Counted from the first letter of the stretch, positions 21,963 through 37,700 are shown. The stretch: DNA of 64,000 bases from Balanoglossus misakiensis (GCA_040954595.2 CM082580.2:6269519-6333518), one strand, 5' to 3'. Notes: generated by a model from the letters alone, not told the origin. Numbers and translations: made by a program.

Positions 21963-24900
21963 TTTGCTACAATGTGAGAGAAAAATGTGTAAAGTTGCGA
22001 ATTGCGCTATGACAACTAGGCTAGTATGCAGTCACTTGAACAAGAGACGGGAGTAGTTCACAAAACAAAAATACTGAAAACATAGCCAAAAGTTACAGCT
22101 AATGGAGCTTTAATAATCACCAGAATGTGATTATTGTTAGTTCAATTTCCTTGATCACTACACCAGGATCATCATGTCTCTAAGTTGGTTAAGTGGCATC
22201 ACTACGTAGTGACCTCCTTTTGCAAGGTCACTGTCACGAACACTTACCTTTAATCACCCACCTGTTGCAAGGTTTTTTCATCAGCACCACACCGTGACAG
22301 GCGCGCTACCTCTCAGAATTTCAGTTTTCATTTATCCACCCACCACAAGGCCATCTTGGGTAATCACAAGACTGTGAAATGCCCTCTCAAGGCCATTCTG
22401 GTCACCAACCTGTCACATGCTCAGTTTCTTTGCAAGCAAACAATAATTACCCACCTGTCTCAAGGATATTTTCGTCATGTTCACACACACTGACCACCAT
22501 CAGGCCTCAAGGTCAATGTCACTTTAATTGTCATCACACCATAGCCCTGCACAAGGTCACCTTCTATAAATCAATTATTATCATAACCTGATCTATTTTC
22601 AATACCGATTTCTCAAGTTCATTATCATCAGACCGTGATGTAGGGCGAGGTCACATTCATTGTCCCCAGAGAGCAATGTCATATTACTTTCCGGTCAATT
22701 TGAGAATCTCTTCAATTTAATTCATCATCCCCAGCTCAGTATCATCCAGTGCAGAGCGACCCACTTTCTGCACCTGGGACCCCCCACCCCTTCAGACACA
22801 GGAAAAAACATGCCGGCCCTTAAAGTGTTCTTTTTACTGTAATTTGAAGCATTTTCCCTCAACCGAGACACTTGTTCATGGGGAGAATTAGGATGAGTGG
22901 GAGACGGCCCTTCTAGCTACAGTGGGATATCCCGTCTTGTTACCAGAACTACCGTACCCAGGGGGGATAAACAGTGAATGAACAGGCACAGTTAAATGTC
23001 ACAGCAGAAGAATCTCTCGCACCTGGAAGATAATCAAACCCTAATCACCTGTTTTTGTAATGTTTTTCCTGGAATGTATCTCGTGGCGAAAAATGGAAAA
23101 ACAGTCCGTTTTTTTTTCTCAGTGTAAAATTCGTGTTCTTCCTGGGGAAAGTGAAAAGCATTGGCCAATTCCCTTTTAAGTTTGCAAGAATGATGGAAAC
23201 AATGCATATGCAAATTAGTCTATACTGCATCAGAAATTGAAGTTGGACTACGTGGTTAAACAAGATCTTCATAGGAAAGTGCGAGGGGGGTCTTGATTAG
23301 TACAGATTGTGTTTGTTCGGTGTTACCTGTGTGTTCGATTATGTCAGAACTAGTTCTTACAGCTAGGTATTAGGCTGAAAATATGCTTGAGTGCAGGTCT
23401 ATCAATTTTTTTTTCATTATTTCGATAGTTTATTCTGTATTCATTTCAGTGTGCGTGTCACCTGCAGATTTATCACGCACACGCACAACACCCTTTTGTA
23501 GCAAAGCTTACATTGAACATTGTATTCAAGTCAGAATTAAGTGATTACATTTGAGTGTTCGCGTCTCTCCACAAGGGGTCAGTGAACTGTCAGTGCGATT
23601 TTCTCGATCGACCGATATGTTTCTGACAAGGCGTGTATATAGCCACTTCAAAAAGAAAATAACTACACCTATTATGCAGTTGAATATTTGACTGCGCTGA
23701 AATTTCAGAGCGCTACATGTTGTTTGTGGATTTCAGCGCGCGGCTGCAGTTTGTGATGATAATACATGGTCCAATACGTGCTTGATTGCGACGTGAGATT
23801 AATATGACATTTACATGTACAGTGCATTTTCACGTATCATGTCTGCTTTGCAATCATATACTGATCAGCTCTCCAGCATCAAAACACATTTGTGATTATT
23901 TTGCCTGCGAGTTATCAGAGAGGAATTGCCAGCGAGTTAGACGCCCCCCGGGCTCGCTGTTTAGATGGAGAGGAAAGCAAATATTGCGGAGATGCTGCCT
24001 GCTTGCATGCGATGTGAGTGGGAGTTTAAAGAGCTGTGGGGGCCCGTGAATTGATAAGTACTCCGTCTCTCCTTGCTGGAGAGAGTGGAGTTTCAACCCT
24101 GTGGGCAAATCACGTAATTGACGGGTTGGCGGAGGGGAAAAAAACAGCGACATGAAATGAAATACCAGCATCGCAGTGGAGGTCAGGGTGTTTAGTTGAC
24201 TCTCAAATAAAATGTCATTGTGTGTGGGTGGGTGAAAGACGTTGAAGAGACAACGTCCTGTGATTTCGGGAAGACAATGTCACGCTTCCATGGAATCCAA
24301 AAAAACAAGAAAATTTGAGAAAAATAATTTTGAGGAGCTGTTTAGCTCTGATTGGGCTGTGTGATAGTCACACAGTTTTCCATTTGAAATTCAGGGAATC
24401 CAAAAATCCACATTAAAAGAAATATGACAATACTTTAAATTTTTCTGAAAGTACATCACAGATCACACGCCAACTAACGTGATCTTGTGAAATAAACACA
24501 TTTAAGTGCAGTATGCCATTTTAATGACTGCATATATGCACATGGGCCGGCCATGTGATATTCCCTGAGTTGTATCACAGGTGGCCTGAGCACAATGAAC
24601 CAATTATCTTGATGGAGTGTAATATGACATCTTCATCATTGTTTCCTGCAGCGCTTATTAGTACTCGGGGAAATATCGTCCTCCTGTTTAGTGGCATTAA
24701 GAAATTAAATTGTCTTCCAGAACTTGCAATATAGTCAGTCAACTGGCTTCGTGTGCCTTCTTAGCTCGTGTGCACAACGTGCTAGTTCACTCGAGCTTCA
24801 TTTACGTCACGCAGTTAATATCTTACCGTCATAGCAAGTCTTTTCAATCTGTGGAATATTGAAAGTGACTCGATCGATGACATCATGCGTTCTAGACATT

Positions 24901-27900
24901 GCGTTATGAACGATAAATGTTAAAAACTGGTTTGCAAACTATATCGTATGTGTTCCTTAGATTTCTTTTGAATTATAAACACCAACAAGACCAGTAATTG
25001 CTATGGTTATTGTGGATATGTCACAGAAAGACACGCGAATGTTAAATATGAGATCAGAATTTAAAAACAAAACCATAATCAAAATCTCGAATACTGTTGT
25101 CATGTACCGTACGTACAATGAATATCTTCTTGTATGGTATAGCTAATAGTTGAACTTTTCTTTGCTTTTTCTTACAGTAATAATAACTGTTGCATATTTG
25201 TTTCTCCCAACCAGTAAATCTCGTGCCACTGTACCCCCGAGACATTGTGATTCCGACATACAATAATCCCTTTAAACCTTCCCCAGGCTGACAGTGCAGG
25301 CACGTGTTACACGTATATCAGTCATGTATGCATTAATTTCAAAGACTGGACTAGTAAACATGGTCAAGGGAAATAAATGTCACGTTTCACCCTTATGTCC
25401 GTCCATCTGTGCATGCATGCATGTTCTTTGGTCATGTTTGAAGCAGTTTTGCATTTAAAGGGCACAAAAGTAACATATATTGGCTGTGATTGATACTTGG
25501 AAAAACTTTGAGTACAAGAGAGCATATGGAACTGAATGGGTGTCGTGACTTAATTTAATCAGCAATGAAACTCGCTACATCTCCTCGTGTATAATTAGAT
25601 GCCGATTGTTGTGTCGCAGTGTGCGTGGGATGAGAAAAATAAAATTAAAACAGTGGTCTCATTTCATCTTGTTTCATAAAAAAGATCTTAAAGCACAAAG
25701 CAATTATTAAAAAGTGAGAACTACCGGTATATACACCCCTTGCTCTTTCATATTAATGTTTGAGTTATGTTGTGGTGGCAATATTAAGTCCAGATGTCAC
25801 ACAGCCAATTATTACAACTGCAGAATGATGTCATATTTTCCGCCTCTTGTTTTTCAAGGAAATGCCGTTCAAGAACGGAAAGGGCAGGAGTTCAGAATGT
25901 ACTGATGACTCGGTCGTGACGTGTGTACATGCATTTTTCAGAAATAGCTGTGAATTCCCTCTTTTTCCCATTTGGCCTTTCCTGCCTGTCGTGATAGTTA
26001 ATATCCTGTAGGAGCCTTGGCTAAATCTTTTCAAGTGGGCTTGCAGCTTCAGATTTTTTGTCACTGCATGCAGCGTGATGTCAGAGATTTTATTCGCCTC
26101 TGGCGTTGTCGCGACAACCGCTTGTTTAGAAACTACAGTGAGGAGCAAAGAGGGGGTGTCTCTATTGAACACACACATGGGAGAGAGAGAGAGAGGGGGG
26201 GAGGGGAGAGAAATGTTGTCAACCACGTTAGGTTTTTATCACCCACCTAGGTAGCATAAGCCTATTTAAGGCAGTGAGAATTCTAAGACATGAAAAGTGC
26301 AGTAGTGCTCAACTATATGCTTCAGGGGACGTACGTTATACAACTGCTGGAGTTTGACTCTGTGACTTTTGACTTTTAGAAAAAAAACAATTACCTCAAG
26401 TAAAAACGCCCAGCAGCTTGACATTTTGTATGATAGTGCATTACATCATCAGATGACCATTTGCTGGGTCTCTTTGGTGTTTTATGACTTAAAACACGTC
26501 AATCATAGTATTGCATAACTATGAAACCGAGCTCAATTCCACAAATGGGAGAAATCTGAATTTAAAGATTGGAATATCACATCACAGTGGAAGATTCAGA
26601 TTTCTATAAATCACGGTATTCTTTACCTGTAACCTTCAGCACAAAATTATAATCAGTCAAGATGATTGGATTGTCACAAATTGAAGGTAATAATTTCTCA
26701 GAATTATCGATGGACACTGAATATTTTAATTTCACTTTTACACATACTTAAGTATGTCACATGAGCTGGCAGTTGAAAATTAACTAGTAATTTTATAATC
26801 TCACTCCAGAATCAGTTATGATCTCTAGGAGGGGGACCATATCAGAGTCTACTGGAGCATTGGTCATACATGAGACTGATATACGTGTAACACGTGCATT
26901 CACCGTCGGCCTGGGGAAGGTTTAAGGGGATTATTGTATGTCGGAATCACAATTAATGTCTTGGGGGTAGAGTGGCACGATAGGGTTGGGAGAAATAAAT
27001 ATGCAACAGTTATCATTATTGTTGAAAATTTCAGCTATTATAGGTATCAGTGAAAGCAGACATCTTTTTCCCAATCTTTTTTGGAGCTGATTTGTCTGTG
27101 ATAATTGTTTTTTCAAAAACCAGTGTGTCGTAACGTCATAACCAGTGCACGTGAGGTGTAAACAGTATGTACCACACAAGACAAATAAGAAACCTATAAA
27201 AAGTGCTGTTGAAAATTCGCAGATTTCTCTTTTGTCATAATGTTAGGTAAAAGGAAACGAGAAAGAATCCTGATATGGATACGTGCGTATGTGTACATGT
27301 TTTCTTTGCGTGTTTGCCACACACTGACATCCTTTTTTAGGGGAGGAGGTGGGGTCAGAAAATAATATCTGACCGGATGTCTTACACAAGCTAGAGTGTT
27401 ACCATGGAAACAAACGTGCTCGATACACAGGGTGGTCTGTTTTTCAATTTGCTCATGTGATTCAAAAAGCAAAAAAGTTGGGGAGAGATCAAGTGCTCTT
27501 TTTGGCGATAAGTAGTTCTTGGCAGTGCTCTGTTAATCAACACCTCACGCACCACAGCTTTTCAGAAAAATGATAGTCCTCAAAACCTTTCAATCCTTTG
27601 TTGCATTCACAGTCTTGTTTTCTTAAAAATCATAACTTTAAATTTTCTTCATAGACTTAACATAGTGATTGGCGGCCATTTTGAATTTCAAATTGGGACA
27701 CTTTGCAACAATGTTGCTCTTTCATTTAAATTTTATATGGTGGCCACCAGTTTGTTGTCTTGAGCAAAATATGAGAAAAAGTTAAAGACTTTAGTTTTTG
27801 AGGTACCACTGCCACCTATTGTGCTGTACCTAATATTGCTGCACTTGACGAAAAAAAGACAAGACTATTTAATAAAACTTTAAGGCCAAATAAAAATGAC

Positions 27901-28633
27901 TCGTTTCTGGTTAGCGCGCACATCACTCATAACCCTTGCGTCAAACTTTTGTTTCTGTCTGTGTCTGGCCAGATAAAACTCAACTTATAGTACACTGAGT
28001 GCACAGATACCAAACCAAAATACTGGACAGGAACAGAAGTTGGTCGATTATTGTATAATTATAAGACCAGGTTTGTTTCACATTAGGCAAGAAAAAAAAA
28101 ATGCAAGTCAAATTCATCAGGGTCACACTTTCCTCCGTTTTCACATGGTTTCCAAATGTGATGTAAACAAGTCGTGATGTGTCGAGTGTCATTATTAAAA
28201 TGATAATCACGCATCACGACTCATTGATATCACGCATTATTAGGTAAAATTTACCCAAAACTAATTAATGAAACTAAAAACCACCCAAACACATCATTTG
28301 CTCGCACACCTGGGATTCATTTCAATATTGTCGGTGAGCTCCTTTGAAGATAATTGATTTGCTGGACAGTGGCATTTTATAATTACTGGGACCCCCATGC
28401 ATGCATATACTGTTCTTGCAGTCATTGACTTTATGAAAATGTCCTGCACCACTGTGTCTAAAAGTCTAAGCATGTGCTCTGTCCAGGGTACCACAAGTGG
28501 GGGATATTGGAAATGTTTTTCGAGAAAGCCTAAATTAATTTTTACCTACCGGTAATTCCAGACATTATTTAGACCCAATAGTTTTAATTACAACTGCAAT
28601 GTAATGTGTGTGTTTTAATTATTCTCTCAGCAC

Positions 28634-28743
28634 AATGGAAACCAATCTGATTAAAATCAGATGTAGGGAACGCAACGTGTTTTTTTTATATAAAACCACG
28701 TCGCCGTTCCCTACATCTGATTTTAATCAGATTGAATGGAAAC
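28634..28743. mobile_element. 92-bp foldback MITE (28643-28734) with perfect 30-bp TIRs and a 9-bp TSD (Mutator-like)
   Basis: TIR CAATCTGATTAAAATCAGATGTAGGGAACG at 28643-28672 and its exact reverse complement at 28705-28734. AATGGAAAC is duplicated at 28634-28642 and 28735-28743. Confidence 0.88.
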
Positions 28744-31700
28744 AAGACTTGCCAGATCACGTTTTCAACTTCATCACACATCAGTAGTTGTCATGGTAAA
28801 ATGTAGTTACTGCACCATTGCGAGATTTGATTGGGCTATTTACACTTCACATGAATACAAATGATGTGTATTAATAAAATGATAATGCTAATGATAATGC
28901 ACCTTTCCTTTCACTTTTTAATGGTGTACGTGTTTATATGGCGTCTCTGACGCAAAACTTTTCCATGGTGACACAATTAAGGCACGACTCGCAAAAGCAA
29001 AATGCAATTGTCATGTAAGCAGCAATTATCAACACCTTAATTCTTTTGATTAATGAACCTACATTAGCCACAAGTCTGATGGTTATGTATAATCGCTGAT
29101 GTTGGAAAAAAGTACCCAACGGTCGCTCAGAATTTGAAGTAGTGGTAATTTTGCGTGTTGAACAAAATGGCACTTTTTTTATGCAGATATAGTGGGCCAA
29201 ATAAATTAACCTGTGTAGACTGGGTATGACAGCAGACAATCAACATGTTAGGTGTCTTATACAGGACTGAAAATTTTAGTTATGCAGTGATTATCATGTT
29301 TTTGTTCTTGTTCCTGTTGACAGCATTAAATTTGCATCAGCGTCATCTGAGTCGCACGTCTGACAATGACGTAGATGGATCTATACCCACTTGGATTTGC
29401 CCATGTGTTACAAAATTCCCTAATTCTATTGAGTGTCGACCCTGCAAGTGTTGGCTGATGTTGTGTTTGTCAGTCAAGTTAATTGTAATACCTCAAGTAA
29501 AAAAAAATTAGAAGACATTAGGGGTGATTAAGACATTTGATTTGGGGTTATCAGAGATGGGTAAGATATCGAAAGATATATATAAGTATTATACTTTGAC
29601 ATAGGCACTATTTCGTAGGCATGTCATACTGATGGAGATTCTACAGGAGAAAAGAAATCATCATCCCTGAAATTGAATTTCTGGCGACAACAAGCAGATG
29701 AGTCAGCCATGTTGTGTATTCAAATGGAACATGCCCGACGGCTGCCCAGCCAGCTGAAAATCCTAATTGGATAACAATCAAATGCATGTATATGGCGTAG
29801 GCTTGAAGGCACTAGATGTATTTGCATCATGCAGTTAATTTTAGAAAATCAGTTGATTCAGAATTCTTGGGAGTTGTTGTTCTGTTAGCCCTTAGTCTCC
29901 GGCATTGCAGAGGCCCTAAACACCGGGAACACCCTGTACGGCCATGGGGCTAATGTTCTACTAGGATTTTGGGGGTGAAAACAATTTTCATACTTGTATG
30001 CAAATCAATACTCCATTGGCTCACATAAGGTTTTTGCAGTCAGATACTGAAATGTGAAAATTTTATACTTATCTTGATTTCACATATAATAGTCTGTGAA
30101 CAAAATGTTGAATCAACATGAAAACATGATCAACATGATCCAAAATACGTTTGTTGTTAATCTACATAACGGTATGTAGCACAAATATTGAGCTTTCAAC
30201 GATACATTATGTTCAGTGAATAATTATTTTATGGTAGAAAAAACACGTAGACATCAGATTTGCAATTTACGATATCTGCCTTGGCCGGGGTGCATCAAAT
30301 TGATTTCATCCTCAGATAAGCATCTTTGCTTTGCAACCTGAAGATCTAGTACAAAAATTTGCATGTTTCCTCCACTTAATTCAAGTAGAGATAAGATTTG
30401 TTATGCGATGTTTATCCATGCAATACTATAAATGAAGTAGATAGGTTTGATGAATAATTTAAAATCTGTCTTGCGGTCAGTATCCTTGTATATGTATGTG
30501 TCCAGTGTGAATAATAGAGGAGTCATGGTTATAACCTGAACTTAAAAATGAATACAGTTCAGTGGAATATCGTCGGGCATATGAAAGAAAATGAATATAA
30601 TGTCGGCATTTTGGAAGTCCAAAAGTATGTCCACAAGATTAGTGGTGACCTATATGTCTGATTAAACAAGGTAATTTTTTATAAGAAATGAAGTCTGGTC
30701 AATTATGTGAAACTCGATATATGGTACCGACAGAGTACTTTCTTTGCTTCGCTTCATTTAGTTTGTATTAACTTCATTTGTGCAGCGGTGATCTTCCAGG
30801 GAAGTAGATGGAGCTTAATCCCATCTTATAAATCAGCCATCAGTGTTTCTCCGGTGTTTGTAAATCTTGTTGAACTCTGGTGGGTACACGTTGACTCATG
30901 CTTTTAACACAGCTGATCTGAATCTGAAATTGCTGTAAGGTGTCTGGGGATGTGTCTGGTGCAGGTGTTGCAACTGAAACCGGTCCTGTCCAGATGGGCA
31001 ACTCTTCAGTTTGTTGCTAACAGTTTTTCCTTTGAGGGCGTACCATATATGTGCAGTCTTAGGAAGGTTATATGCAATGATGACCTGCACCTTCAGTTGA
31101 CTGTTATGTTGTGCATCGAATTTTGTTCTGACTACAAATTGAACAGAATTTGCTATCGTCACGTTTGATGTGGTCTAATATGCATCATTATATAAACACG
31201 AAAGACTAAAGTTCATCACATTGGCTCCAATATTGCATGCAGTCCATCTACGGTAAATATCCGAACTCCACAAGACATGCTACTGTATACGATCGCTCCA
31301 AGCTCCGTTCCAATTGGTATATGTAGGTTTCTGTTGGTGCAAATTCTGATACAATCTGGCAAGTTCACCTCTCAACCTCTGCGTGACAGCTGCACCTTCA
31401 TGCTGCAAAATGTCAAATGTCACAATGGATCCAACGGGGCTCGATCTGGTTGTCAGCAACTTATTTTAAAAAGCTTTAAATTTTGGAAGTATACCTGAGT
31501 GACGACAAATGCATAAATCAATTTATATCAGGAATTTCTGAAAATAAAACAAGAGAGAGAGAAAAATTAAGAAATTGGTTTTCCTTGCTTGCTTTGATGG
31601 CCCCATTTCGTGAACTCTGTTTGAGTTGGAGGACTGAGACTTACAGGTGACAGATTGCCTGGCGCCGTAGATTTTAATCTCAACCGGTTTCACCAAGTTG

Positions 31701-34700
31701 CATATGTATTACTCCAGAGACTTTGAGAGAACAAGAAACCTTTAAGTGAGACCGAAGCATTCTTACATGCAGCTATAAGTACTGCGAAGAGTTCACTGCA
31801 CACCTATATTCACAAGAAAAATGTGAGTGGGATGATTGAAATTGCGATGAGGTGTGTTTCAGAATTGTTCGATTTGACGCTTTGTCAGATCACATTACTT
31901 CATGAAAACCCGAGATTGCAGCCGACAAAATGCCAGAAGTGGATTAGAACTCGTAAAACTTGATTGTCTCAAAAGCTGGCAGTCGTGTAGAATTATATTT
32001 TTACATTTATGACCTGTAAGTTGCAGATTATTCTTGGGTAACAACTATGCTTTTAGCAAGATGGCTGTAATAAAGATTTATCTACTCGCCCACGAGGTAA
32101 AAATAAATTTTATGCCGTTGCGTCTTGAATATAAATTATTTTAGAACATGATGAAATGCAAAATTGCAGAATTTGGCTTATGCATATTTGTTATTTCCTG
32201 AAGTTAATAGCAAATTTGTGAAAAAAGACATGATTGTTTAAATGTAGACTTCTGCCACATCAATGTTTTTTTTTCAAATGAGTCATGTCTCGTAATTCAA
32301 AAAATTCAATTAATTGCCATATTCCCTCTATGTATAATTAGCAATTTCTTAATTATGTTTTCATGAAATTTAATTATGCTATAACTGTTTCCAATCTATG
32401 ATCATAAACATTTATATCTAATAAATTTTTAGTCAGACTTGAAGAATTTATTAAGCTGATTATTAAAACTGAGTAATTTACATGAAAAAACTATTTCTTG
32501 TCTTTTCTACCATTGTTCTAACTTTGCAAATCCAGAAAATTTACTTACCGGTATATGTCTGTATGACCACCAGTCTCATGAGACATTTGGCCATATTACC
32601 TGATTACTGTCCAGACAAATAAAAATATGCTAAACATGGCCAACTCAATCAATATCTGACCATGTATATCATTGCTGCCACTTCTGCTATATTATATCTT
32701 ACATGATTCATTGTAGATACATTTTATATCAAATCTTTATTTTGATTAGGCATATCACTGTCTACAAGTTGCTCATTAGACGTTAAATACACATCTTTAT
32801 GTGAGTGACTCACTGAGATTTATACCACTTTAATCAATGAGTCACCTTCACAACATTCTAATTTTGTCCCCAAGTAATTTTCATTCCCAATATCAGCTTC
32901 ACCATCAATCCCACATGCAGAGGCATTTAGACCCAATCTTCGATAGTGGCCATGTCGTCGAATGTTCTCACAGTGGGGATTTTGCTCTCAAAAATATATC
33001 CTCTATACTGCAGTCAAATTTTGTGGAGGCCTCCTACCTGACCTGTTTTCTTTGACATTTACCGGTAATCTGCTTTTCAACAGAGGTCAGATTTAAAGCT
33101 GAGCTTGTCGATCTTATTCATGGCGAGTGTCCTTTTATTGTTGTTGAAATTGTCCATGTTGTGCTGGAGTGCTTGTGTGGTTCAAAGCCCTTTCGGATAT
33201 CCACACATGTACCTGCCTTCTCTTTGTAAGCATCCGTACAACTATTGCACTTGGTAATGCATTCTGAAGATTTACCTCAAGGATTCTTAATTATTTACAC
33301 CCTATGTGAAATAAATTGGCTATTTATTATGGAAAATAGATGGGTGTATACACTTTTAAGACATGCATGGACACATTGAATGGTTGGTGGCCATGCATTA
33401 ATTCATCTACTCATCCACACCATCTACCCATCAAAGGTGTCCATTGTGTCAGGTGCATAAAGTTTTATGAGCAGACTACAGCCTTCAGTGATGTACTGGC
33501 CGAAAGAAGTTGTAAATTCTGTAAATGGCAGACAACAACTGAGGAAAAAGCCAAGATTGGATGTCATTCATTTTAATGCTCCTTGAAACTGTTAATTAAT
33601 GCCTTTAAACTTGACTTCATTTGCCTTGAAATATTGTTATACATCTCATTAAAGCATAAAATGTTTATGTATGAACTTCTGGTTTGATATGTGTCAAGGT
33701 CTGAGTGTATCATACACAGAATGTATACGTGTTCCAAGGATAATGACTGAAGCACGTATATACTAACAATAAATGTTTCAAAAGAGTGTTTTATTTTTAA
33801 TTCCTCTTCTTCAGAATATAAAAATGCATTTTTACAACAATGCAGTATTTTTATGCAATATTCATGGCCGTTTCGAAAACATTTTCGAGTGTACGTGTGT
33901 TTAATGGATGCTACAGCTTTTCCACAAACGTACTTTCGAAGACATACCCGGTCGTTCACACATGCGGTTCCTTTATGTTTAATACCTGTGTCTGAAATAT
34001 TGATTTGCGGCTGTATTGCACTCTCTTTGTCGCCAGTATACAAATGGAAATGAATGAGCTGGCATATCTGCTGTAAAGCCATAGAGATAAAATGCCATAA
34101 CTTGTTAAATGCTTTCACCTTTCAGACTCGCGTGCCGCCGTAATCCACATAATCCAAACCAGACAATATTTTATCATGATTTTGTCCCAGAAAAAAAGAC
34201 ACACAGTACTGTTTATGACACTTAACATAAATCAAGGTTTATTTCACTGAATCTTCTGCTTGTGATGACCTACAAACATTTACACTCACTGTGATATACA
34301 GAGACAACTTTCACCATCTGATTCATTATTTACATTAATTTCTGAAGAATAAAAAATAGTTTCATGAAAAGTTTTTCTTATTTTCAGTTTCACATCACAC
34401 AAATTTGATGTGTCATTCCCCATAGTGGCATACAGGTATATGATAACAATTACATCAAAGACATCTTTAAGTCTGACAGGTTTCTATAGCAACCCACAGT
34501 ATTTAAGTAATCGCCTTCAAGGCGGCAAGTTTTAAAAGCCTGATCAACATTCTCAAGGTGATCTTTTGCCTGTGTTTGATCTGCATATATGTTTGTTAGA
34601 TTCTACTAGAAGTATAAGGTTGTCAAGCGAAGGTCACCTCTGGTATTTCCTCTCAATACAGTAAAAGATATTGTACACACCTTGGGAGCTGCATACATTT

Positions 34701-37700
34701 TTCATGCTTATCTGACACAAGGACGTCTACATATCTGCTCAGATCTTGCATGGCTGACGTACGTGCATGTCAAACACAAACACTGGCAGGGTTTAATGCA
34801 TAATTCAGATCATGGTCATGAAAAAATAGCCACATGTTATCATGTTGACAATATAATGCCCATGACATACCGGTTCGTGTATGGAAACCAGCATTTAGAA
34901 TAACTGTATGCTAGCCTTCTATGAATCGCACTGACTGCCATTGCGAGAACATTATGTATATTTGTTCTTATGCCAATCTGAGGTGGGCCCCTTACAGGTA
35001 TCATATCATATATATATGTTAACATCTACTTTTCCAAATGGCATTCTCCTTACAATCAGTCACACTGCCTTACATGTTGATGCAAAATGAACATTTATCA
35101 TAATTGATGAAAGTTGCATTATTTATAGTCCACGATCATAATGGACATAAATGACCAAGATTGATGGCCTTCATCTCAAGCAGCTAGTGGTTAGGGACAG
35201 TTTTCTTCAAAGGATTTGATGTAGAGTAATTGATAGCAATATTTACATATGCAAATATATATACTATCAATTCATAGCATGTAATATTTTGCATATGGAA
35301 AAAAACTGCATATACCATATTTGTATAAATCGTATACTGTTTGTGTGGTACCATCTTGGTTCATAAATTTACTCGTAAAGAACATTTAACATTGAAATTG
35401 CTTTTTTATTAAGTATCCTTTGGCACCGAAATGATAATATATAACTACAGATAGCGTTTCCTTGAAATTTTACAATAAAGGCTATGGAATTTGATATCCA
35501 GTGATGCACCCACGCACTGCCTCTAGGTACCTTGGCTTAGCTTGTTATTATACTTGTCGTATTTCATATAATTTTATTCCCAATCAACATATATACTCAC
35601 CATTTTAGAGCTCCTAGCTGTGTGCATCCTTTGTGCTCATGTTTTTCTCTCTCCCACAATCCCTTTCCACCTAAATTGCCCACTTCCTGTCACATCTCAT
35701 TTGACAACCTGGCAATCGTTAACGTCAGTCTGTCTGGTTTCTGGACGGTCAAGATCATCAGGCATTGCAACCAGCCAAGCAGTAAGCGCATGATTATTGA
35801 CTACCTTATACACAGGCATCATCAAAACATTGTTATCTTTGATCAAAAGCTGAAAACAGGAGTTGATGTTTTCCCCCTTGTATAAATTTGTTAAAAATAA
35901 AAGCCCCAACGTCATGACTGATGCTATTAGGCGATCGATGCTTGTATCGGGAATAATGCAATTTTCTTTAAAAATATTGGAGCTCAATGTTAAACTAAAT
36001 TTATGCCGGCTTGTTAGAAGAGAAGGTATGGACCTGAAATGTGGTTGTAGGAGAATTCATGATGTATTGACGTCAGCAGGAAAATCAATTAAAGACAGTG
36101 CGGCCTACATGACGAGAATCAGTACATATTGGCAAATTGTCTGCATGCTTGCTAGCTGCACTTAGAAAGTCTCAGATCTAACCCTAAGAGTGTCTTTTTT
36201 CCACGAAGGTCGATAAGTCCGATTTGAGGGATTCTACGAGGAGGGGGTGTTACGAACGCAAGATGGAGGATGTCTCGGTGGGATTCATGACTGCGTTCAT
36301 GCTTGTCAACCTGGAGAGAAAAAAATGCCCATTATCAATTATCTAGAATGTTCAACCTGCACGGCTCATAAATGTTAGTGAAAGAACCGGTGCATACTGG
36401 TTTTGTGACAGCTAGCTTAACATATTCAATTCCTCGGTACAGTGTCTTTTTCACCCATTAATACTGCAGAGTGCTTCACCAGCTTGAACTGGATTAGGCA
36501 AGTCAGAAACTGTCCTGAAATAACCTAGCAAAAAAAATTTCTAAGATTCTTAGCTTTTGAAAATTTAAGTTTTAATTTTTGAAGCAATTGAAAAAATGGT
36601 AGCATTGAAAATTGTACAGAAAATATCTTCGTAATACCTTATTTTTTGAAGATTTGTTTTCAATGCATTAAAATAGTTTATCTCACAAACACATGAACAT
36701 ATTAAACAGTATTTACATAATTAAACCATTCATGAATATTATGGAGAATGTTTACTATAGAACTGGAGTATACATCATTCACACATTTCAACACATTACA
36801 AACCAGAGTTTAGGTCATTCACCAGTGCTTGAAGAAAGAGAGACATTGGATTATTAATTTGGGGAAAAACTCTGGATTACAGTCAATATACTTTCGATAA
36901 GAAAATGAGAAAGGAATATGAGAGACTTAAGTTTATGTCATTAAAAGGATGGGTACATCATTAAAATGAAAATTATCCTTGATTTGCAGAATCGATCGCC
37001 AGTGCAGTTTTAATTAATTCTGCATGTACTGACACTGCGGTATTTCGAAAGACGACTCAAAATCTTCCAGATGAGCCGCCGGTCGGGTCACCTGTGTCAC
37101 GGCTGCTGATCATGCATGATGGCCATGACTCGAAGGTCGATCTTCTCAATTTTGTTTGTTTGCCGTTCGTGGCTGCAAGGATTGAAATTCTGTCCAGGTA
37201 AATCCATCTCTCTCCGCAATTAACTGTTTACACCTCATGTTTTATGCAACGCTCGGCATTCGCCTTCACCTAAAGAACTGCATGGCCGTGACGGAGGAGG
37301 TCACCATAGCAACAGTGTCTGGCCTGCCCGTGGGCGGTGCTCAATTCTCTTAAAGTCAATTTCACTCCGTTAATGAAGTATCGTCTTTCAAACCTTGAAT
37401 TTCACTGACCTATGTTCTGGAAATGTCTAAATGTGACCCTGAGATTATCCATCTTTGCCTGTAAGTCTAAGCTACTGATTTACGCAAATAACAACCAAAT
37501 TAGTTTAGATTCAATCAAGCCCTCTCACCTCAGGCTGTCGTTTCTTATTACTGTAAAAGCACCAAATGTTACTAATGCCCCCAAATAAGTTTGTTTTCTT
37601 TCTAAAAATAATGTACATGTAATCAAATAAGAGGTGTATAGTGCAGTTATTTTTAGACTTCCAAGAAAGTCAATTATAATGCTAATATACGTTCATTCTC

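Noticed and set aside
22280-22305. REST/NRSE-like site TCAGCACC...GACAG
   Set aside because: Spacer and right half-site are non-canonical, and the presence of REST in this organism is unknown.
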